A stretch of DNA of 64,000 nt from Octopus bimaculoides (GCF_001194135.2 NC_068986.1:96279659-96343658); one strand, 5' to 3'; numbered from the stretch's first letter, positions 27,819 to 39,640 are shown. Notes: a model not told the origin generated them from the sequence alone. Translations and numbers: made by a program.

Positions 27819-28041
27819 CTCATTAAGTCCCAGAGTACTTAAATTTTTGAATATTACTTTAAAACTTTTACAGATGATTGAAAGTAGGTTAAAATGAAAA
27901 AAATAATTATTAAAACTCCTTTACTTCAAGTAGAAATGGAAAAACTTGGTGTCCTATAAATAGGACACTGAGACAATGTGAGATAGCTTATTTAATGTTC
28001 TCATTTAGTGTCCTATTTATAGGACAGTGGGACTTAATGGG
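27819..28041. mobile_element. TTAA-flanked MITE (piggyBac-type)
   Basis: TTAA|CTCATTAAGTCCCA ... TGGGACTTAATGGG|TTAA. Internal palindrome GTGTCCTATAAATAGGACAC. Confidence 0.75.
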
Positions 28042-28484
28042 TTAACAACAACAATTTCAAATTTTGGCATGAGGCCAGCAATTCCAAGGAGTGGGTAAGT
28101 CAATTACATCAACCCTAGTGTTCAACTAGTACACTGGTACTTATTTATCAACTCTGGAAGGATGGAAAGCAAAGTCAACCTCAGCAGAATTTGAACTCAG
28201 AATGAAAAAGAAAGATGAAATGCACAAAGCATTTTGCCTGGCATGTTAACGATTCTGGCATGTTAACGATTCTGGCAGCTTGCCACCTTAATAATGCTGA
28301 TAATTTCAAATTTTGGCACAAGGCCTGCAAATTCAGGGTACAGGGTTAGTTGATTACATTGACCCCAAGACTCAACTGGAAGTTGTGCTAACAATTCTGC
28401 CAGCTCACCATATTAATAATAATAATAGTAATAATAACAATAATAATATGAGAAAGAATATGAAAGGCAAATTAATGGTCTTAC

Positions 28485-28569
28485 TTTTGTGACTGGAACA
28501 TTCTTTCTTGCATGTTTTTCTTCTTCTTTCAAGAACCAACGTGGTAAGTTGGAGTCATCATACATGAAT
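28485..28569 (-). CDS. FTSJ3: FTSJ3 exon 15 (FMYDDSNLPRWFLKEEEKHARKNVPVTK)
   Basis: LP.WF..EE.KH motif. ATTAG| acceptor, |GTAAGA donor. 85 nt. Confidence 0.95.
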
Positions 28570-28965
28570 CTAATAAGATACAAACAGATTTAGTGAAAAG
28601 AAGTCCATTCTAGTATGATGGTCATGACAATATAATTGGTGGACGCAGAATTACAACAAATACTTTAGGTAAAAGCTTAGGTAGCATATGTAATTGTTGT
28701 TGTTACCATTCTTTTTTAGATAATATATCCAGGACTACATTACACAACACATCGTTCCTTTTACTTTTAAGCCAATGTGATTTCAAAATGATTTGGCTGC
28801 CATTTTGAGCAGGTTCAGTAATTATATACAAATAATATTGAATATAGAATCAATGAAGAAACCTCTACATCAAGCAAGCTGCACCACTAAAAAAGTTCAA
28901 GGTAATTTTGCATTGGGCATGCCATTCAGAAAGTCTCAACAGCCAGTTTGCCCATGATTGTTCTA

Positions 28966-29253
28966 CAGTGGTTTTCAATCGGGGTCCTCACAAAATAGTA
29001 AATTAAGGAATCACAATAGTATTTTAAAGGACCCTGAAAAAAAATTTTGCTTTAGATGTATGTATTGGTAAGTATTGCAAGAAACAGCTAAATTTCTTTC
29101 TCTAACATTTTACATAGTTCAATCTACGCAAAGCAATGTGTGAAAAACAAAACAGGTAAAACTAGTTTTTAAACATTTAATGGCAATGGGGGTCAACTAG
29201 AATAAAATAGTAATCAAAGGGGTCCATAAGTAAAAAACGATTGAGAACCCCTG
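28966..29253. mobile_element. hAT-type MITE
   Basis: Termini CAGTGGTTTTCAATC / GATTGAGAACCCCTG with inner GGGGTCC motifs. The 8-mer GTTCTACA overlaps both ends. Confidence 0.7.
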
Positions 29254-29511
29254 TTCTACATGATTGTGCAACATGTTATAAATAGTAACCTACTGCCCTT
29301 CAAATCACATCTAATTGTCTTAAGAAGAGAACATATTAGATAATGTAAACTTAATCCTAGTCTATGTATAAAAAAAAGAGAGGATGGCCATAGCTGGAAT
29401 GAGTTTGATCAGAAACCAGATCAGGGCTGACTTGGGGACTAAACAACAACAGACTTGTACTCACAGAAAAACACACTGTTGATTAAGAAACAACACTGAG
29501 GTGTTACTTAC

Positions 29512-29608
29512 TTGTGATATCCTGATTCAATAATTTCACGACGCTGCTTCTTGGAATGTACCATCTTAGCAGCAAGGGCAAGACCTTCTGGATCCAATTC
29601 TGGTGCAA
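29512..29608 (-). CDS. FTSJ3: FTSJ3 exon 14 (VAPELDPEGLALAAKMVHSKKQRREIIESGYHK)
   Basis: Spb1_C start LDPEGLAL. ACTAG| acceptor, |GTAAGT donor. 97 nt, phase 1 to 2. Confidence 0.95.
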
Positions 29609-30317
29609 CTAGTAATTAATAAATCAAACAAACTTCTTTAAAATCTCATTCCTACACCAAACTACATGCATGCACGAACACACAAAGAGACAGAAGCAAA
29701 TTGGAAGAGTCATTGGTGTGTCGGATAGAATATTTTACAGTATTTGTTCGGATTCTCTGGATTCCGAGTTCAGATGCCATCAAAGTTAACTTTGTCTTTT
29801 CATTATTTTGAGGTTATAAATAGTGTTACAAATCAAGAGTGGCTTTAGAAGAACTAGTGTAGAAGTGAGTAGTTCATAGCCTGGCAGACTTAGTCTGACA
29901 CTGAGTTCAACAACCCTACTTAGGACTCGAGATTCGAGATTATCACTATGCACAATTTCCAGGTTTTAAAACCAGATTCATAATATCAAATACATGTTGA
30001 CCAAACTGTGAGATACAAAGAAACATATACTTGATAACCATGCATTCACGCAGACAAATATGCAAATATAAGGGGAACAATGTATGCCACATGTACCTCT
30101 CGCCTAATTTAAATGTCTGTTTAACCCTTTTGATACCAACACACCTGAGACCACTCTGAAACCCTGATACAAATTTTGTATTTCTCAAAGCAAGCAAAAT
30201 TTCATTTTAATTTATCTTCCAAGGCAGTGTATTTCAATAGAAATATAGTAACACAATGGCTAAAACATCAGGTTAACTAAGCAGGTATGCAGTGGACCAG
30301 TAAACAAAAATTCATAT

Positions 30318-30453
30318 AAATGTGTGATGCATGTGAAATCTTTTGCCATTCCAATGAAAACCAGAAGACACAAAAAGCAGCATCGCATTAATATGGCATC
30401 TAGCTTTCCCCCCAACAATGACATAGAGGTCAGAGTGGGTCTACAGAGATGCC
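30318..30453 (-). ncRNA. Candidate H/ACA snoRNA, copy A
   Basis: Stem GGCATCT/AGATGCC, H box ATATTA, second stem GCGATGC/GCATCAC, ACA at 30323-30321. 136 nt, host-gene strand. Confidence 0.75.
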
Positions 30454-30509
30454 ATACATATACACACACACTAACACAGATATTTATTGCAATACCAGAA
30501 AATAACTTC

Positions 30510-30943
30510 TGTTTGGCACTTGTGCCAGTGGAACGTTGAAAGCACCATCCGAGCGGGATCGATGCCAGGGCCACTGATTGGCTCCCATGCCGGTGGCCCA
30601 TAAATAGCACCATTCAAGCATGATTATTGCCAGTGTCGCCTTACTGGCATGTGAAAAACATTTGAGTGTGGTCAATGCTGCTGCACTGGCTCCCATGCAG
30701 GTAGCATGTAAAAAACACCTTTTGGGCGTGGTCGTTGCCAGAATCGCCTGACTGGCTCTCGTGCCGGTGGCATGTAAAAGCACCCACTACATTCTCGGAG
30801 TGGTTGGCATTAGGAAGGGCATCCAGCTGTAGAAACTTTGCCAGATCAGACTGGAGCCTGGTGCAGCCTTCTAGCTCGCCAGTCCTCAGTCAAACCAGCC
30901 AACCCATGCCAGCATGGAAAGCTGACATTAAACGATGATGATG
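30510..30943 (+). mobile_element. SINE family B copy inserted between H/ACA copies A and B
   Basis: GC-rich internal subrepeats followed by the family-B 3' end and (GAT)n tail. Confidence 0.8.
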
Positions 30944-31234
30944 TGAAACAGTATCTTGGTTCAAAACAAAGAGATAAACACTATAGGACTCCATAAAAGA
31001 GAGAACTATTGAATCACTACATTAGTGGACAATTGACCAAGGCACCAATGGTTATTCTCTTACAAACATTCATACAATGTTGTTTCAGAGAGATATATAC
31101 CTTGACCAGACACAATGTAGTAATGTTTGAAAGAGAGTAACCACTGATATCTTGGTCAATTGCCATATCATGGCAATATCTCATTATTGCAAGTACCAGC
31201 AACAATATCTGACCAACTGTATTAATGATGATGA

Positions 31235-31369
31235 GAATGTATGACACATGTAACATCTTGTGTCATTCCAATGAAAACTAGAAGACACAGAAGCAGCATC
31301 ACTTTATTGTAGCATCCAACTTTCCCCCCAACAATGACATAGGGGTCAAGGTGGGTCTACAGGGATGCT
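31235..31369 (-). ncRNA. Candidate H/ACA snoRNA, copy B
   Basis: Compensated basal stem AGCATCC/GGATGCT, H box ACAATA (ANANNA), ACA at 31240-31238. Confidence 0.78.
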
Positions 31370-31863
31370 AAACATATCTCTAATGAAATACTGTAGAAAC
31401 TTATAACATATTCAGATAAAATTCAAAGGATTTTAGAAGTTAAAAAAGATCCAAACCTAGACTAAGTATACCTGAAACAATATGGAAATGGACATTGAAT
31501 AGATAGATTGGTAAATCTTATGATGCCTCCATGTACCATACAGGACAACAAATCTAATATTTTATGTTCAGTGTACTAACTCTCAGCTCCAATATCTGAC
31601 ATGCAATAAAGAGCCAGTGATATTTAAAGTACATTCTACACTGGAAGGGCAGCCTCCAATTTAGAATGTACCTATATATCATGGCCTAGATTCTGAAGGT
31701 CATGTAATATTCTTATGGCTTTAGCTTGACTTTAACATGTGTCTTTACAAAAGATGACTCTAGATATCTCTAGATTGAAAACTTGTGTTAGGTTGGCTGT
31801 CCTATAACGCTTATTGACATACACAATTATATATGTCTCTGGGGAAAAATATTTCTCTGTAAA

Positions 31864-31999
31864 CAATGTATGACACATGCAACATCTATTGTCATTCCAA
31901 TAAAATCTAGAAGACACAGAAGGAGTATCACATTTAATATAGCATTCAATTTTCCCCCCAACAAGGACACGAGGCTCAGGTTGGGTCTACAGAGATGCC
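31864..31999 (-). ncRNA. Candidate H/ACA snoRNA, copy C (most divergent)
   Basis: H box ATATTA and ACA at 31869-31867 are retained. CCCAAC/GTTGGG upper stem; several substitutions in hairpin 1. Confidence 0.68.
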
Positions 32000-32421
32000 A
32001 TATACTCAAACCCTACTATAGGAACTTTTAAGTACTTCTAAATAATATTTAGAGGTTTACAGGTGTCTAAGTTAAGAAACCAAAACAGAAAACAAAAGTT
32101 AATACATCAGGTTACTAGGAACACCCAGACAGGCAGTCTTTATGCACTTAGTTAAGTCTTAATAAAGATGACACCAGATATCTCCAGAGTTGAAACATGC
32201 CCGTTGGGTTGGTTATGTCTTACATAGGTAACTGATGTTCATATGTTTTGAGGCAGTTGGGGAAAGTGTTCTCCTCCAGTGGTCCAGATCCTGTTGAACC
32301 ATCCAACCCATGCCAGCAAGGAAAGCAGACGCAGATTGATGTGGAGAAGGAAGAGTGATGATGATGATGATGATGATGAAGAAGAAGTGTATGACTTTGG
32401 AGAATAACACTTCCTTGAGAA

Positions 32422-32556
32422 CAGTGTATGATGCATGTGATATCTTTTGCCATTCCAATAATAACTAGAAGACACAGAAGCAGCATCACATTAATATAGC
32501 ATCCAATTTTCACCCCAACAATGACATAGAGGTCAAGGTGGGTCTACAGAGATGCC
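32422..32556 (-). ncRNA. Candidate H/ACA snoRNA, copy D
   Basis: GGCATCT/GGATGCT stem, H box ATATTA, GTGATGC/GCATCAT stem, ACA at 32427-32425. Confidence 0.76.
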
Positions 32557-33641
32557 ATACATACATTGTTATTGCAATACCAGAAAACACCACCACTTTA
32601 TACATTAAAATAATATGCAGGAGAATATAGATATCTTGGTTTAACCTGTTAGCATTTAAACCAGCCATATTTGGCTCAAATATTCTATGTGTTTTACGTT
32701 CAAACTGGGCAGATATGGTCTCTCATATCTACCCTGTCAAAATCTCTTAGCTACAAGTGAATGCATGATATTCAGTTAAAGCTACTGGCTCAGTCCAGCT
32801 TGCAGTACATAAGGCACCTTATATGATGACCAAAATTCTGGAAGCCAGGTATTTTCTGAATCAATATGGGGCTAGTTTGCCAAAAACATATATGTTTTGA
32901 AAAATATCACACCAACTACCTCTTGAGTGAAAGCCCACAGATTAAGTAGGTGGTATTCTTCAAAGGTTGTAAGCAGAATCAAAAGAAATTGGGATAAAAT
33001 ACAGGCTCCTCTAGATATAAAGGCTACAGTTGATAAAGTAACTAGAGCCACCAGAAGTTGGGACAACTGACTGCAGCTAGTAATAAATAGTGAGATTAGG
33101 CATGGCTGTATGGTTTAGAAGTTTACTTTCCAACCGTGTGGTTTTGAGTTCAGTCTCATTATTTGACATCTTGAACAGGATAGCTTCAGGCCAACCAAAG
33201 TTTTATGAGTAAATATAATAGACAGAAACTAAAAAAAAGCTTGTCATATGTGTGTATGTGTATCTCCTTGTTTTGACATCATGTGATAGTTGTAAACAAG
33301 AGTCACCATCATACAAGCAGTGTTCTTTGTTTCCACTCTTCAGGGAAAACATGCCCAACCATTGGAAAATATTACTTTGGTTAGATACAGGTGAGAGTTT
33401 GTGGCAGAAAGGCATCTGGCCATAGAAAATCTGCCTCAACAAATTGTGTGTGACCCATGTAAGCATGAAAACTGAATGTTAAAACAAAACAAAATTTTAA
33501 GATTGATGTTACACTTTAAGACTGGTTAAATAAGAGGCTAAGACTGTACCTCTTGCTTGATCTTAACATCAATTTAATGCAGGAGTCACATCATGTTTAC
33601 TAGACATTTACATATGTATTAGGTATATACATACTTGAGAG

Positions 33642-33775
33642 CAGTGTATGACATAGCTAACATCTTGTGCCATTCTAATAAAAACCAGAAGACACAGAAG
33701 CAGCATCACATTTAATATAGCATCAACTTTCCCCCCACAATGACATAGAGGTCAGGGTGGGTCTACAGAGATGCC
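33642..33775 (-). ncRNA. Candidate H/ACA snoRNA, copy E
   Basis: Same architecture. H box ATATTA, ACA at 33647-33645. Confidence 0.74.
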
Positions 33776-34733
33776 ACACACACACAAATATCTTTACTGA
33801 GGCCCGCAAGAGAATATTCTCTCACATCTGAGACAGTGCTACCATTGCACACAGACATTCAACATGCCAATCAGTCAGGTGGGCCAAAAAGAGGGCCATC
33901 TAACTGATTGGCATAAAGCCACTCACAAACATGTTCCAGCCTTTGATCAAAAGTCCTCTCTTTTTGCTTTTTTACCACTACTATACTGACCTCTGCCCAC
34001 TTGGGTTACCTCCACTTTAACATTCCCATTCCAACTGTCTCTCCTCCTCTCATTACTTTTGTTGTATCCTAGCCCCTAGGCCCAACACTATACCAAGTCC
34101 TTCCTTCCTAGAAAGTCAGCTTTCTGGAATCCCCACATACACACTCATATTTTTCCCCACAAGTATTGACTTGCAAAGATTCATGAGGCACATTAATGGC
34201 TTCAATCTCAGTCTAACAAATTCTATCTGGCACATGCTAGCATAGAAAAGTGGACATAAAAATGTTGATGATGGTGTTCTATCCAAACAATGCGTTTCAG
34301 GTATCTTTAAAATACCTTTGTCTAAAAGATTCTAACTTCAAATAAAGGATACTTGTATGTGTTATAATTCTCAAGAAGTAAACCTGCTCCTACAGATGTC
34401 TATGATAAAATTCCAAGATCATTGATGTAACTAGAACCAAGAGTAGTTGGAATGTTTGCAGATCTGTGCATAAGTTACAAAGTTTGGTTTGGCGTAAAGC
34501 TATCTTAGTCTAAATTATCAATCTGTCGCAAACGGTCTTGGATGTAAATGGTGAGGTAGTGAGAGTGCCAAAAGTATTTGTGGTTCAGTTGATGATGTTG
34601 GTCTCTTTGAAAATCAGACATTGCTTCAGCAGTCAGACTCATACATGCTAATAAAAAAAAGACATTATTTGATACACACTCTTTCATTCACCCCCGTATG
34701 TATATACATCTGTAGAAAAAAATACACATCTGA

Positions 34734-34868
34734 GAATGTATGACACATGTGACATCCTGTATCATTTCAATGAAAACCAGAAGATACAGAAGCAGCATCA
34801 CTTTAATATGGCATCTAGCTTTCCCCCCAACAATGACATAGAGGTCAAGGTGGGTCTACAGAGATGCA
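34734..34868 (-). ncRNA. Candidate H/ACA snoRNA, copy F
   Basis: H box ATATTA, ACA at 34739-34737. Hairpin-2 upper stem compensated to TTCTGTATC/GATACAGGA. Confidence 0.78.
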
Positions 34869-35450
34869 ACACACACTCACACATTTTTAATATTCGTAAC
34901 AATATAGATGTTAAAAATTTTAAAGCATATGAATAAGCAAACAGTACATTAAAGGATTCTACATAAGCTAAGGGGTCAGTAGTCTCTTGTTTATTGTATC
35001 TTACTGAATCTTACACTCAAATGTTTATCATTCGTGTACCACAATGTATCCTTAAAACAACATTACATGTTCAAGAACCAAACAGTACCTTAGTTAATTT
35101 GTTGTTTCTGTTGAACAAACTGTCTGTACATCCATATTCTTGTATATATAATGTGGCTTATTGTTTTCAAAGATTCTGCAAATCAGTATACCTACATCTT
35201 CAACGTTTTTATATCCTCAGAGCACCTTAAAGATGACATTAAATCTTAAAGATAATAAATATCTCCAGTGTTAGAAACCCACAAGTTAGTTGCATCTTAC
35301 AGATGTTCTTCATGTAAGAAAGAGCCAGGAAAACTTTACAAAACATACAGCCTACTAGATATAAGCCCTGTGATCAATAGTATAACCAAAGTCTATTTCA
35401 CTACTAAGGTCGGTTTGATTTAAGACTATTCTAGTGATTACTCTCCCTCT

Positions 35451-35837
35451 TTACTTGTTTCAGTCATTTGACTGTGGCCATGCTGGAGCACCACCTTTTT
35501 AGTCGAGTGAATCGACTCCAGGACTTATTCCTTGGAAGCCTAGTACTTATTCTATCGGTCTCTTTTGCTGAACCGCTAAGTTACAGGGACGTAAACACAC
35601 CAGCATCAGTTGTCGAGCGATGTTGGGGGACAAACATAGACACACAAACATATATATATATATACATGCATATATGACGGGCTTCTTTCAGTTTCCGTCT
35701 ACCAAATCCACTCACAAGGCTTTGGTCGGCCCGAGGCTATAGTAGAAGACACTTGCCCAGGGTGCCACGCAGTGGGACTGAATCCGGAACCATGTGGTTG
35801 GTAAGCAAGCTACTTACCACACAGCCACTCCTACGCC
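35451..35837 (-). mobile_element. SINE family A, full-length young copy
   Basis: Very high identity to the reverse complement of 44364-44729. Confidence 0.88.
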
Positions 35838-36960
35838 TATTAGTGCACTCTAAAAACATCTTGTGCCAAAATTATGATTACACTTGTAAGTTAAGGTTGG
35901 TTATCTTATCAGAGTTGATGTTGTAAGCAGGCCCACGAGACGGTGGAATAACATACAAGGTTTCCAAGACATATATTATAAAATTCAGTTTAACATGAAG
36001 GACTTCAAAATATCCTGATATAAATTTACTCATCAAAGAAATATACCTAATCCACACACTTAAACACAAAAACCATCACATAGATACAAACCATTATAGA
36101 GCACAGGCATGGCTTAAAGGTCAAGAGGCCTGCTTCCTAACCATGTGGTCTAGAGTTCAATTCAACTCCATGGCACCTAGGTTAAGTATCTTCTAGTTGC
36201 AAACCCAGACTGCACAAAGTCTAATGAGTAGATTTCATAGATGGAAACTGAAAGAAGCCCATTGTGTGTGTGTGTCTGTGTGTACTCTTTTCAAAACACC
36301 ATGTAGGGTTGTAAATGAGCATCATCATCATACAAGCATGGTTGTTCATTTCCAGTCTTTGTGGTAAATATGTCCAGCTATGGAAAAATATTACCTTGTT
36401 TGGAAACAGGCGACAGAAAGTGACAGGACGGGCATCTGGCCACAGGAAATCTGCCACAACAAATTTTGTCACAGACTTTAAATGTTAAACCACCCACCCA
36501 CCACTTCTATTCCACTTTTGCCTGGTGGGGCCTTCTGGACACCTTAACACCACTCTATGCCTTGTGTATTCTACTGACCATTTTATCCCCCCCCACCACC
36601 ACCTTTTTTTTTCCATATAAGACGTTAGTAGCCAAGCAGATCCCTCTGCAGGAATCTGCTCTGCCCTCCTCTCTCATAGTAAACTCCCAGCATGAAGCTG
36701 ACTCTTCTTCCACCTACCCCAGGGCTTGTGACCCAACAAACTGCAGAGTGACCTCAACTGTGCAGGTGATACAAAAAAAAGCACCCAGTTCCCACTGTAA
36801 AATGATTATTGTTAAGAAGAGCATCAAATCATAAAAACCCTGCCTAAGCAGACATTGGAACTCGAAGCAGTCCTTGGACACATCGACGTTACATGCATAT
36901 AGGCACGGACATGTCATATAAAAACAAACTACCATATAGTACTATATATATTATACATAC

Positions 36961-37009
36961 CTCGCTTTTTTGCTTTATGTGCTGTTAAGTTGTCTTCCTC
37001 TTCCTCACT

Positions 37010-37051
<42 letters not shown>

Positions 37052-37240
37052 GTCGTCGTCGTCGTCGTCAGTGCTAGATACTTGCTGCTGACCAATACTA
37101 TTATCCACAGGTATCACCTCAAAACTTTCCTTGTTATTTTGTGCCTTTGCTTTGCTAGGCATTTTAAGATCATCAATTTCATCCTCACTGGCTCCATCAC
37201 TTTGCTTCCCTTCTTTTGAAATCAAAGTAGAGAATGAATC
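36961..37240 (-). CDS. FTSJ3: FTSJ3 exon 13 (DSFSTLISKEG...ESFEVIP...poly-Asp20...KAKKR)
   Basis: FE(V/I)xP motif. TTCTAG| acceptor, G|GTATGT donor. 280 nt, phase 0 to 1. Confidence 0.92.
37010..37069 (-). repeat. Coding trinucleotide repeat (GAC)6(GAT)14 = 20 Asp in FTSJ3 exon 13
   Basis: Read directly from sequence, in frame. Confidence 0.95.
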
Positions 37241-37361
37241 CTAGAAGAAAAAGAGGTAAATAAATACACAAAACAAATATACAGAAGATGTAAATACAAA
37301 ATATGAAAATTTACATATATACATGTGTCTTCCCCCTCCTCTCTCACTCTCTATCTATCTA

Positions 37362-38050
37362 TCATCATCATCATTTAACGTCCGCTTTCCATGCTAGCAT
37401 GGGTTGGACGATTTGACTGAGGACTGGTGAAACCAGATGGCTACACCAGGCTCCAATCTGATTTGGCAGAGTTTCTACAGCTGGATGCCCTTCCTAACGC
37501 CAACCACTCAGAGAGTGTAGTGGGTGCTTTTACGTGTCACCCGCACGAAGGCCAGTCAGGCGGTACTGGCAACGGCCACACTCAAAATGGTGCATGTTAT
37601 GTGCCACCCGCCCAAGAGCCAGTCCAGGGGCACTGGCAACGATCTCGCTTGAAAATCTTACGATGGCCCCACACAAGAGCCAGTCCAGGGGCACCGGCAA
37701 TGATCNNNNNNNNNNNNNNNNNNNNNNNNNNNNNNNNNNNNNNNNNNNNNNNNNNNNNNNNNNNNNNNNNNNNNNNNNNNNNNNNNNNNNNNNNNNNNNN
37801 NNNNNNNNNNNNNNNNNNNNNNNNNNNNNNNNNNNNNNNNNNNNNNNNNNNNNNNNNNNNNNNNNNNNNNNNNNNNNNNNNNNNNNNNNNNNNNNNNNNN
37901 NNNNNNNNNNNNNNNNNNNNNNNNNNNNNNNNNAGGTGCCATCACGATTTCGATTTCGCTTGCCCCAATAAGTCTTCGCAAACTGAGTTTCGTGTCCAAT
38001 GAAGGAAACGGCGTTGGCATGGGTGCCAGTCGTCGAATTTAACTCGGTGT
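37362..38050 (-). mobile_element. SINE family B, near full-length copy with gap
   Basis: Tail at 37362. Head region (CAATGAAGGAAACGGCGTTGGC...) at ~38000-38050, as in the 52907-53420 copy. Confidence 0.8.
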
Positions 38051-38389
38051 GTGTGTGTGTTAAGTTGAAATTATGATGAATGTAAACAAACAAACGAAGT
38101 TTGCTTTAGAAGCGTTGAGATGTCTTAGAAAGTCAAAGAAGTGATTTTAAATTCTCAAATGCAGGATAATGCTAATAATATAGCCTGAACAGGATAAACT
38201 ACCCCTATTTTGTAGAAAAAAGTGTTGCTATTTATATATATATATAAAACTATAAAGATGATATCTATGAGAAATGGATGAACTCCACCCCACCAGTTTA
38301 CTTTGTATTTGCTTTCATTAGTCTCAACTCTTAATTTTAGAAGTTGTATTTCCATATTTATTACGTTTAAAGACATTAACTCCATAGTT

Positions 38390-39640
38390 TCTTTTATTGT
38401 TCTGGCTCTTCAGTTATTGCTTTTATTTGCAGTTTACAAAGTAAACTAATGAACAAATGGAAGAGGAATGTACCAAAAAAGCAGAAGGACTCCTCTTAGA
38501 AAACATTTTGAAACTCTGGAAAGAAGACTGTGAAAATGTGGTCTCTGTGTTCCTCCAATGATGGAAGAGAAATAATAAATGGTTCCTAAATTCTGAAGCG
38601 GAGTTTAAGAATACTACTTGGACAACCCTTTCACAAAGAAATTGATTTAAATAAAAACATATGCGGATACAGTAGGACAACCAAACATAAGCTCAAATAT
38701 GTTTGATAGAGAAGATAAGAGACAAATCAATAGTAAAAAAAATAAAAGCAAATTTTGTCCAAAGGCAGGAAAAAAATACAGCTTTTAATACTTCCTGAGA
38801 ACTCATTGCAAATTTTTCTATTTAAATGAAAGAAAATAGAAAATATAAAATCAAATTTCACAAAACAAGACTGGCAAAATCTAATTAATCTACAAAAAGA
38901 TTCTGAATCTACAATTAAAGAAGCCAACAAACGTAGTACTGTTGTTATCCTGGATACAAAGTATTACAAAGAAATGGTATTGAAATGTTTGAAAATAACT
39001 ATTATGAAAAAATAGACAACTATAAATAATCAAAGGTATTGGGAAAATCTTGCTATCTTGAATAAATATCACAAATATCTGACACCAATTGAATTTGACC
39101 ATATAAGCAATTTCAGACACAAAGCCAGTGACTACTATGGTCTACCAAAAATTCACAAAAATAAAGTTATAGTGACACTTGTAAAAACTCTAAATCTGAG
39201 TGTATTAAAATATTGCCTCCAGATAATACAAAACTCCAACCAGTTATCGCAGGCCTTGCATATGAAACACAAAGGTTAAGCAATTTTTTGGACATCTTAC
39301 TAAAATCTTTCTTAAAGCATGTACGGAGTTTTATTCAAGTGATTATTTACTTAATCACTAATTAAACACAGTAAGTCAAAATACAATTATTTTCTTTTAA
39401 CATTATTTATCTATACACTAATATTCCACATGATTATGGAATTAATGCAATAAAATATTAGATGTACAATAAGTTAAATTACCAGAATGCATCAAAATAA
39501 CTTTATCATTAAAACTATGAGATTCATATTATAAAATAATTACTTCTCCCTCAATGATTTAATGTACTTTCAAATATCAGAGACTGTGATGGGGACCAAA
39601 GTTGCCCCTACATATGCCTAACTAGTAATGGAAGTCATAA
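38390..39640 (+). mobile_element. Penelope-like retroelement RT relic
   Basis: Motifs SNFTKQDWQNLINLQKD...IKEANKRSTVVILD, YGLPKIHK, LYTNIPHD, (G)TVMGTKVAPTYA typical of PLE RTs; many stops and frameshifts. Confidence 0.85.

Noticed and set aside
30318-34868. Spaced conserved repeats superficially like a CRISPR array
   Set aside because: Eukaryotic intron, 135-nt units, 0.5-1 kb spacers, no cas genes; the H/ACA fold explains the units.
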